From the NCBI GenBank assembly GCA_002269645.1, contig NIVC01004658.1:1-39082 (forward strand): DNA of 39,082 nt. Reading direction: 5' to 3'. The notes beneath the pieces are model-generated. The model searched no databases, was not told where the DNA came from, and saw nothing but the letters and a program-made list of their open reading frames with translations. Shown here one piece after another: positions 12,023 through 21,750 of this stretch. The position numbers were made by a program, and so were the translations under genes. Within the stretch, counting starts at the first letter, position 1; every line of letters begins with the position of its first letter. Source of the DNA: Macrostomum lignano (taxonomy: Eukaryota).

Positions 12023-14550
12023 TGTAGCTGGTGTTTGCCTTACCTTGTTTGTCGAGAGCTACTGAGTACTTATAAACTCATAAAATCAGCTAAAAATCTC
12101 ATTCTTAGTTGATTCTATTTTAATCAGAGACCATAAAGTTAGACCATAGAAAAAATCAATCCTGCACGTTGAAGAGGGTTTTCCATTTCTAAAAATAGAT
12201 TTCAATCCTGTACCTTTTGATGTATTTGGACCTACTTCCAACTTCATGCTTGAGCGTGCAAGATTGTGGCCAATTCTGCACGCAAAATCAAATATGAATG
12301 CACAAGAACATAGATCGCAAAAAGATATTTAGTTTAAGCGAGTTTAGCGAGACAGGAGTACTATATATCTATTGCCTAGAAGATACATGTATATGGGGGT
12401 GAAGGGCACTGACCTGGAAATGAAGGGGGCGCACCCAGCGAGAGTCAGGGGGCGCAGCTATACCAAGTGGGGAGACCACCATAAGAAAAGAGAGAGATCG
12501 GTGCCAATGCCAACCAAGACACCGCCGGGCGCCCACCCGACATTTAGGAGATACACTAGCAATCAGCTGTGCCCCTGTTGGGAGCCAACAAAGAATGGAA
12601 AATTTTTTTGAATATACTACGTATAGATTCAGCATGACTTCAACCATGAAATCTCAGGAATTCCCCCCATGATTCCCTTGACATCTCAGCAATACATGTA
12701 CATGTACATTACGAGCGTAGGGCGTCCAATTAACGTACCAAGATACCAAATAATTGCACAATTAGGGTTGGGGAATTGCCCCCTCCAAATTTAAATTCCT
12801 GCGTATACATGCAGTTGTACATTACTGCAATCAAAGATGCAAGCACCACAAGACGTGGTTGGATGTATCAGGTACTTTTCAGCCTGACAATCTAAGGCTA
12901 AACATACATATATATAGGTACGGGTATACATGTACAGCTAGTACATACATTGACATGGTGTATAACCATACATGTTGTACATGTACATGTAACATATACA
13001 TGTAGCTTTGTCCTAATAGAAGCGTTTTTCTCTTCTGACATTGCATGTTAGGAAATTAGGAGCTACACGTATGTATTTTCATCCGAGATTAAAGAGGCTT
13101 TAAAAGCTGGATGGAGACCGACGACACAAAAATTCTGGGACCTGCCAATAAGACAATTGTCGTTGACAATTGTTAGGCAACACGAAAACTGTGTTTTCCG
13201 AACAGATTTCGCGGAGGACTTGTTTTTTGCAGTGCCTTAAGCACGCTCTTATTTAGACAAGAAGCTTGTCCGGCCGCCACAAGCGTAAATTTTAGCTAAA
13301 ATGACTGTTTTACTGCTCGCTGTTTTACACACCGTTAGATGTCGTCACTCATCGTTATAACAACGTGAGAGTTATAAGATTTTCTAATAAAACAGGGTAA
13401 TAGAGTATTTAAAACATAATCATAATTTCATAAAGTTAAGTTTTTGCTTGATACTCAAATTATTAACTAAAAACTAATTTTCTCGATCAGTTGTCATTAA
13501 TGATATTTTTCAAGTTGATGCCTTGTTTAGAAATCAGAATTTCTCTATTTTCGCTTTCAAATTGCAGGGACAGCGGGTGATTTTCAAAAATCATCCAAAT
13601 GGGTCCGACTCACCTAGCTTCTAGATAAAAAACACAATGTTGCCAATAAAATAGCGAAAAGATCAGATATTATGTTTTATAAAATAAGCTGAAAAGCCGT
13701 TGAAGTTGTTTTTTTTCAAAATTGAATTTTGAGTTAGGCCTATTAAAATAAAATATAACTAGAAATATATCTTACAAAGGAACCTAATAGTCTTACTAAA
13801 AAAGTATTTTTATGCAAACTTTTTAATCCCAATATCATAATTTTCATAGCATAGCCATAATTAGATATTTTTTAAGGAGGGATATCTTGTATCTAGTCTA
13901 TCTAACTTCTAAGAGATGAGGTAGGTTAGGTAGCATGCCTCTTTGAAAAACCCTAAATTGTTAATGGTTATCATTAAAGTTAATCTGACTTATCAAGTAT
14001 ATGTGGGTATATCTACTTTCTTCCCTATCCCCTTTACCATGTACCACTTGCAGTTGCAGTTTCAGTCTGGTATTTAATCTTATATAATGTATATAATAAT
14101 AATATTGAAACAAGTATATCTTTTAATTATGAGTAATTATTTATATTTTAGAATATAACAATAACAAACAAATAATTTGTTTATCCAATATAATAAAAAT
14201 TTATTTTAAGAATCAATCCACTTATAGTTATACTTATTATAATAATAGGTCCTGAGATTTTTTAATTTGAAAAATATGGAAATGTTTGCATTCTATTGTG
14301 TAGATCTTATTGAAAGGTTTTCAAATAAATTTAGTTCATGAAAATCAGACTAGGCATAAACAATGTCTTGACCATTTTATTGTCACAATTTCTTTGACTT
14401 TTGTAGTATATTTTCGTATAACTATAAGGACTATGATCATAATTAATATACACAATAATTGAATAAATTTATCAAAAAAGCAAGTCAAAATTTGTATGAA
14501 CATTTTAAAAAGAATAAAATAACAATTATAAATTAAGAAATAAATAGTAG

Positions 14551-16165
14551 ACAACAACAACAACAGAGTACGCTGCCAGTTCACAAAAGCAGCGTCAGAT
14601 GGCGCGCTTCAAAGCTTGGGTGCGAACAAAAGCCGCACCGCTGGCAGAGTCCGGAGCGCCGGCGTCAGCCAGCAGACAGTCGACGTAGCGCCGAGTCCTC
14701 GCCTGTCCCCGCCGGTAGGGTGCCTGCAACGTAAGTAGCAGCACCTCCTGCACCAGCTCCGGACAGTAGGCCTCGGCGCGGATGACGTGGCCTGCCAGCT
14801 GGAGTCGCCGACGGCGCAGCAGATCGCTAGGACGGGCCAGGCCGGCGCGATGATAGAGCGCCGTGTTGGTGACTCGCTCGTTGCCGATCTTGAAGGCGGC
14901 GCGCAGCAGGCCAGCGTGCGCCGCGTCGACTTGAGCCTCGAGCGAGTCTGTCAGCGTCCAGGTCTCGGCGTTGTATAACAGGACGGTCTCGATCACCGCC
15001 TGGAACAGCGCCGCCCTCTGGCGGTCCGGTAGGGCCTCGGACTGCAGGACTGACCTTATAGAACGAAAGGCAGCCCAAGCAAGTCCTCGGCGACGCCGCA
15101 GATCCTCGCGGACGTCGGGAACCAGACCGCCGAGGTAGACGAACTGCTGACATCTTGGAAGCTCACTCGCCTGTCCGTCAGCGCCTCGGCAGAAGATTGC
15201 AGCCTCGGTGTCGTCCGGCACGCATAGCACGACGGTCTTCTGCGTGTTGACCACCAGGCCGACGCTCGCCGCAACGGCAACCAGCCTATCCAGCTGTCGT
15301 TGGGCGCCCTCGACGGTCGAGGACAGCAGGGCGAGGTCATCGGCGTAGCCAAGCACGCTGAGCCGTCTCTCCGGTTGGCGTCGACCCACGCGTCGCCGCA
15401 GCAGGAAGCCGTCGTCGTTGGAAGGCAGAGCAGTCCGTAGCACCCAGTCAAGCACCAGAATAAATAGGAACGGCGCTAGCGTATCTCCCTGGAGCACCCC
15501 GGAGGATGTCTCGAAGAAATCCGATAGGCCGTCCGGTGTTGAGACAGCAGCCGTCGTGCCGTGGTACAGCGCCATGACAGCAGAAATCAGCAGCTCTGGC
15601 ACGTTGTACGCACGGAGCACCTCTGGGAGCGCGTCCCTCACGACCGAGTCGAAAGCCTTCCTGAAATCGACGAAGATCAGGATCAGGGTCAACTGGCGGA
15701 TGCGTGCCTCCTCGATGACTCGTCGAAGAGCCAGGATCTGCGTCACTGTGCCGCGATGGGGATTGGGGCCGGAATCCGTTCTGCTCAGGTCGCAGGTACG
15801 GGTCCAGCACAGGCTGTAACCGCGATAGCAGCATGCGGTTGAACAGCTTCGCGGCGCAGGACTGTAGGCAGATGCCTCGATGCTCCTCGAGCTTGGTGGT
15901 GCCCGGCTTCTTTGGAATGGCGACGATGTGCGCTGTGGTCCATTCGTTTGGCGCCACCTCACCGAAAAGCACGCGGTTCATCACTCTGGCGACCTCAGTG
16001 GCCATGCAGTGGATCCGCAGCGCCTCGGTGGGCACCTCGTCCGGACCAAGCGCTTTGCCGCCCGGCGACTGCCGAGCGAACTTCACAACGTCGGCTGTGC
16101 TGACTGGGGCAACATTGAAGCTCTCCTCCGCCGGCAACGGCGTCTCCGGCGGCAGCCTCAGATTT
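14551..16165 (-). mobile_element. 5'-truncated non-LTR retrotransposon (RTE-like LINE) with reverse transcriptase domain
   Basis: RT motifs: KALGPDEVP, IVAIPKKP, RGICL, PEQNGFRP, FVDFRKAFDSV, GVLQGDTLAPFLF, GYADDL, VNTQKT, YLG. ORF 15448-16137 joins ORF 14595-15760 across a 7-bp insertion. About 30-nt 3' UTR then a (GTT)n tail at 14551-14565. No endonuclease domain in view. GC-rich element in very AT-rich flanks. Confidence 0.93.
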
Positions 16166-16830
16166 TCTCAGATTTCTATGTAAAAGAACTAGAAGCAAGA
16201 TATTTTTTAATAAAAAAACGTTTAATAAATAGTTTTTAAAAATATTTTTATGTCTATGCTATGGTATTAAATGTTAACTTAGCATATTATACCTTTCAAC
16301 AATTTTTGCTTCACTATAAAGCATTTATTGTGCCTTTGAATTATCTCCTTTTTTCATATTCATTTTCTTCATTTTTAGGTATATACTTTGTGTTTCCAAT
16401 CTGGTAGAAATATATACATGATGTTGGGGGGCATGTGTAAAAAATAATGCACAAAAATAAGGGCAGCAAAATACTTGTAAAACAATCTGGTGGTTTACTT
16501 ATAACTAATAAGTCTAACAAATTACTATTTGCATTCTTTTTTAATTAAATAATTTTATATATTCAATACTAATAGACTACATTAGCTAGCATATAAATTT
16601 GTAGACATTGCTTTGGGCTTTTAATTATTCTATTAGCAAGCCATTAATCAATTTTCCTGAGTTTAAATAAAACATAGGTTAGCTATGGCCTATGGCCTAG
16701 TTGCATTTCTACTAACTATTTGCCACTTTAAAAGGTGGCCTGCATCTGCATGTTAAAAGACCATCTTTTTATGGACTGTGCATTGGCTTTTCTGGAATTC
16801 AGCCATCTAGTCTAGTCTTCTATTTTACAG

Positions 16831-19800
16831 CTGGAGCCTCCCAGTCCCACCGCAGCTTCCAAGGGCGTTGCTGCTGACTGGTGGCCAGCTGTCTCATCGG
16901 CCGCGGCCCGCCTTGAAGCTGCCATCAAGTCAGGCGACGCCGAGGAGGCAGCTCGCCAAGCGCGGCTGCTCTGCGAACGGCGCGTCCAGCTGGACATCCG
17001 GCCTGCGCCGCCTCCGCTGGCGATGCCGCAGCAGCAGGAAGAATCGCCAGTGGTCGCGCGGCGGTCGCTGCTGGATGACGGCTGGTTCGCCCTGCCGGTA
17101 GCCCTGGAGGGCCGCGGCCGGCCGCGCCAGCTGCTCCGCTTGATGGCGCGCGGCGACACTCGGATTGGCGAGCTGCGGGCCCGGGTGGCGGCTCGAGCTC
17201 GGGACCTACCGCCCGGACGGCAGTGCTGGATCGCAGGCGGGCTGCTGGCTTCTGACGACAGGTGATTTTTTCTCGCCTGCTGCTACCCTTCTAGGTCCTC
17301 AGTTGCTGGGCCAGCCTCCCAGATCCTCATTTGCAGGGCCAGCCTCCCAGATCCTCAGCTGCTGGGCCAGCCTCCCAGATCATCAGTTGCTGGGCCAGCC
17401 TCCCAGATCCTCAGCTGCTGAGCCAGCCTCCCAGATCCTCATTTGCAGGGCCAGCCTCCCAGATCCTCAGTTGCTGGGCCAGCCTCCCAGATCCTCAGTT
17501 GCTGGGCCAGCCCCCCAGATCCTCAGTTGCTGGGCCAGCCTCCCAGATCCTCAGTTGCTGGGCCAGCCTCCCAGATCCTCAGTTGCTGGGCCACGCTTCA
17601 TTTTTTGATTCCAACCACGCAAAACTCCGTCATCATCGTTGCTTCCCAGGTGCTTAAAAGATCTCGGGGCGGTCAGCGAGACTCAGCCGGTGCACCTGTA
17701 CGTGCTCGGCGATCCGCAGCCCGCAGCGGCGCCAGAAGCTCCACCAGCAGAAGAGGATGCTGAGCCAAGTCCAGCTGTGCCCGCGGCAACGGTGCCCGTT
17801 GCCATGGAGCCTGTGGTAAGTGGATGGAAAAGCAGTTGAGCGTATTAGTACTGGCTAGATATGCACAGTGTAAGGCCTGCATGCCTGACTAGGCAAGCAA
17901 TAAGAGATTCGCTTTACATTCTGTTCTTACTACTCTTCAGTAGGCGATCGACTACAATTGATTGATTCTGGTACCCACCACCCCCATGACAGGCCGAGCA
18001 GCCGCAGCGCACCTGGGACTGCCCGGTGTGCACCTTCAGGAACAGGTGGCGCCGACCCGGCTGCGAAATGTGCGCCACTGAGCGGCCCGAATCGGCGCCC
18101 TCGTCCGGGGCGTCTTCGGACGAAAAAGGCAGCGGCTTGCAGAGCAGAGAGTCGCCTGGACAGCGGCGCAGAGGCCACATTGGGGGGCTGTTCCGAGTGC
18201 TTCGGCCGGTGCCGGCTGCGAAACAGCGGCAGCAGCAGCGGCAGCAGCAGACGGGCAGCGGCGGCAGGAGAATCTGCTACAGTCGGGATTTCCTGCTGTC
18301 CCTGCAGAACTGCCCGCTGGCCGCCGGGAAGCCCGGGGACCTGCCGCGCGAGTTGCTGCGATCGCAGGTGCGAGTTGAAGTAAAAATATCAAACTATTGA
18401 TAATATTCGCAGGAGGACTGTAGGCTCAGTCAATCCTGTATTGGTGTGAGGAGTGCTGAGTCAGTGCTGTATTGATGTGAGGAGTGCTCAGTCAATCCTG
18501 TATTGATGTGAGGAGTGCTCAGTCAGTGCTGTATTGATGTGAGGAGTGCTCAGTCAATCCTGTATTGATGTGAGGAGTGCTCAGTCAGTGCTGTATTGAT
18601 GTGAGGAGTGCTCAGTCAATCCTGTATTGATGTGAGGAGTGCTCAGTCAGTGCTGTATTGATGTGAGGAGTGCTCAGTCAATCCTGTATTGATGTGAGGA
18701 GTGCTGAGTCAATCCTGTATTGATGTGAGGAGTGCTCAGTCAATCCTGTATTGATGTGAGGAGTGCTCAGTCAGTGCTGTATTGATGTGAGGAGTGCTCA
18801 GTCAATCCTGTATTGATGTGAGGAGTGCTCAGTCAGTGCTGTATTGATGTGAGGAGTGCTCAGTCAGTGCTGTATTGATGTGAGGAGTGCTCAGTCAATC
18901 CTGTATTGATGTGAGGAGTGCTGAGTCAATCCTGTATCGATGTGAGGAGTGCTCAGTCAATCCTGTATTGCTGTGAGGAGTGCTGAGTCAGTGCTGTATT
19001 GATGTGAGGAGTGCTCAGTCAATCCTGTATCGATGTGAGGAGTGCTCAGTCAATACCTACTTTCAAAAGTTGCCAATCAGCCTCCCTTTACTCCTTTGGC
19101 AGAAGCCTCCCAGGCTCCCAGTGGCGGGAGTCACCAGCCAGATGAATTATGCGCAGCCGCCTCTCCAGCTGCCATTTGCGGCCAGAAAGCGCCCGCCCCG
19201 CGGCCTGGTTGCATCACGGTCGGGCGCAAAGCAGACAGTCGGGCACAGGAGACCGGCGCAGCCTCCTCCGTGTTTGCAGCTCGTTCAGGACGGCAGCTCT
19301 TCGTCTGTGAGTGATAGTGGATTGCTAGTCTAGTCACAGTGGATTGCTAGTCTATTCACAGTGGATTGCTAGTCTAGTCACAGTGGATTGCTAGTCTAGT
19401 CACAGTGGATTGCTAGTCTATTCACAGTGGATTGCTAGTCTAGTCATAGTGGATTGCTAGTCTATTCACAGAGGAATGCTAGTCTATTCACAGTGGATTG
19501 CTAGTCTAGTCACAGTGGATTGCTAGTCTAGTCACAGTGGATTGCTAGTCTATTCACAGTGGATTGCTAGTCTAGTCATAGTGGATTGCTAGTCTATTCA
19601 CAGTGGATTGCTAGTCTAGTCATAGTGGATTGCTAGTCTATTCACAGAGGAATGCTAGTCTATTCACAGTGGATTGCTAGTCTAGTCACAGTGGATTGCT
19701 AGTCTAGTCACAGTGGATTGCTAGTCTATTCACAGTGGATTGCTAGTCTAGTCACAGTGGATTGCTAGTCTAATCACAGTGGATTGCTAGTCTAGTCACA

Positions 19801-20080
19801 GTGGATTGCTAGTCTATTCACAGTGGATTGCTAGTCTAGTCATAGTGGATTGCTAGTCTATTCACAGTGGATTGCTAGTCTATTCACAGTGGATTGCTAG
19901 TCTAGTCACAGTGGATTGCTAGTCTATTCACAGTGGATTGCTAGTCTAGTCACAGTGGATTGCTAGTCTAGTCACAGTGGATTGCTAGTCTAGTCACAGT
20001 GGATTGCTAGTCCATTCGAAGTCTCGGACTCAGAGTAATTTATCATATTTGTGTTGTCCCGCCTGAAATTGCAGGACTGA
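16831..20080 (+). CDS. SHARPIN: SHARPIN-like LUBAC subunit (LTM-UBL-NZF) with C-terminal extension; 5' exon(s) not found
   Basis: Exons 16831-17261, 17650-17815, 17993-18367, 19103-19306, then 20075-20080 (GAC TGA) or an alternative acceptor near 20260. LTM-like AARLEAAIKSGDAEEAARQARLLCERRVQLDI; UBL ending LPPGRQCWIAGGLLASDDR/CLKDLGAVSETQPVHLYVL; NZF WDCPVCTFRN...PGCEMCATERP (recalled human SHARPIN WSCPSCTFIN...PGCEMCSTQRP). No RBR in these exons. Confidence 0.78.
17290..17592. repeat. 28-bp minisatellite (GCTGGGCCAGCCTCCCAGATCCTCAGTT), about 11 copies, intron 17262-17649
   Basis: Tandem units seen directly. Confidence 0.95.
18263..18346 (+). other. eIF4E-binding (4E-BP-like) motif inside exon 3 of the SHARPIN-like gene
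   Basis: In-frame GRRICYSRDFLLSLQNCPLAAGKPGDLP contains canonical YxxxxL-phi and extends the match to the 4E-BP segment RIIYDRKFL....NSP.....P.DLP. Confidence 0.7.
18420..19052. repeat. 31-bp minisatellite (GAGGAGTGCTCAGTCAATCCTGTATTGATGT), about 20 copies, intron 18368-19102
   Basis: Tandem units seen directly. Confidence 0.96.
19312..20015. repeat. 22-bp minisatellite (CACAGTGGATTGCTAGTCTAGT), about 32 copies, intron 19307-20074
   Basis: Tandem units seen directly; begins about 5 nt after the GT donor. Confidence 0.96.
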
Positions 20081-20304
20081 TGGCACACGAGGAACAGCCG
20101 CTTGTCAACTGCGATTCGCAATTCCAGTTCTTATTCACTTTGATTTTTTTCAGCTCTGCGATTTGCCATTTTTAATGTTTGATTTGTAGTGTAAATAATT
20201 ACAATTTCTTATTTTTCTTATTTCCTAGTTTTTTATTATTATTTTCAAAAATTTTAGCAGATGGACGCTGCTCTGGTGCCGCTTTTGTACCAGTTAGACA
20301 GAAT

Positions 20305-20705
20305 GCCTCTGTAACACCTGTTAGACACATCTGCCAGAAACTCTGTAACACCTGTTAGACACATCTGCCAGAAACTCTGTAACACCTGTTAGACACATCT
20401 GCCAGAAACTCTGTAACACCTGTTAGACACATCTCCTAGAAACTCTGTAACACCTGTTAGACACATCTCCTAGAAACTCTGTAACACCTGTTAGACACAT
20501 CTCCCAGAAACTCTGTAACACCTGTTAGACATCTCCTAGAAACTCTGTAACACCTGTTAGACACATCTCCTAGAAACTCTGTAACACCTGTTAGACACAT
20601 CTCCCAGAAACTCTGTAACACCTGTTAGATATAACCCCTGTAACACCTGTTAGACATAACCCCTGTAACACCTGCTTGACAGAATAAGCTGTTACTGTAA
20701 CGCCT
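20305..20705. repeat. 34-bp minisatellite (CTCTGTAACACCTGTTAGACACATCTGCCAGAAA), about 10 copies plus degenerate tail
   Basis: Tandem units seen directly. Confidence 0.93.
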
Positions 20706-21039
20706 GTTCGCCTATAACAGCAGCCGTATGCACAGCCTCCCAATTATTGAATGCCAGGTAGAAAGGTGCGCTGGTGTTTTGATCTATTCATCCATAAATA
20801 ACATCCTTGAACATGATTTCGTGTCATCTGACAGTCCAAATCTCATCGCGTTTTTTATCGCCTTGCTCGTGCTATTTTAGCCAGATATTTTATTGAGGTT
20901 AAGGTAACCTACTTTTAACAATGTTGCATCGCACATCCAGTGTAGTCAATAAATTTTATATACATACTCTTTTATAACTAACAAAGCTAAAAACGGCATA
21001 CTTTTGTCTGTTCAGTTTGTTAGCACCATCAGCGAAGGA

Positions 21040-21680
21040 TCAGAAACCACCCTGAAAATCACTCAGAAACCACCCTGAGAATCACTCAGAAACCACCCTG
21101 AGAATCACTCAGAAACCACCCTGAGAATCACTCAGAAACCACTCTGAGAATCACTCAGAAACCACCCTGAGAATCACTCAGAAACCACCCTGAGAATCAC
21201 TCAGAAACCACCCTGAGAATCACTCAGAAACCACTCTGAGAATCACTCAGAAACCACCCTGAGAATCACTCAGAAACCACCCTGAGAATCACTCAGAAAC
21301 CACCCCGAGAACCGCCCAGAAACCCTGAAAACCACCAAGAAACCCTGAGAACCACCAAGAAACCCTGAGAACCGCCCAGAAACCCTGAGAACCACCAAGA
21401 AACCCTGAGAACCACCAAGAAACCCTGAGAACCGCCCAGAAACCCTGAGAACCACCAAGAAACCCTGAGAACCGCCCAGAAACCCTGAGAACCACCAAGA
21501 AACCCTGAGAACCACCAAGAAACCCTGAGAACCACCAAGAAACCCTGAGAACCGCCAAGAAACGCTGAGAACCGCCAAGAAACCCCGAGAACCGCCTTGA
21601 GAACCCCCCTGAGAACCGCCAAAAAAACCCTGAGAACCGCCCAGAAACCCCAAGAACCGCCCAGAAATCCTGAGAACTGC
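21040..21680. repeat. Composite minisatellite: 23-bp (GAGAATCACTCAGAAACCACCCT) switching to related 20-bp (GAGAACCACCAAGAAACCCT) unit
   Basis: Tandem units seen directly; ends about 70 nt before the HOIL-1 ATG. Confidence 0.94.
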
Positions 21681-21750
21681 TCCAAAACGAGAAGCAGGTC
21701 AGAATGCAGCAGGAAAACCGCATTTATTGCATGCTGATCTCCGCCTCGCC

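Noticed and set aside
12690-13010. TACATG/TACATGTA-rich patches (also near 5810)
   Set aside because: Short degenerate microsatellite-like sequence with no further structure
13052-13240. Short open frame (SEIKEALKAGWRPTTQKFWDLP...) as a candidate SHARPIN first exon
   Set aside because: No ATG or compatible donor, ends in a stop, and has no PH-like features
18420-19052. TGCTGAGTCA (Maf/AP-1-like) sites in the 31-bp array
   Set aside because: Present in only a few variant units; expected by chance from the unit sequence
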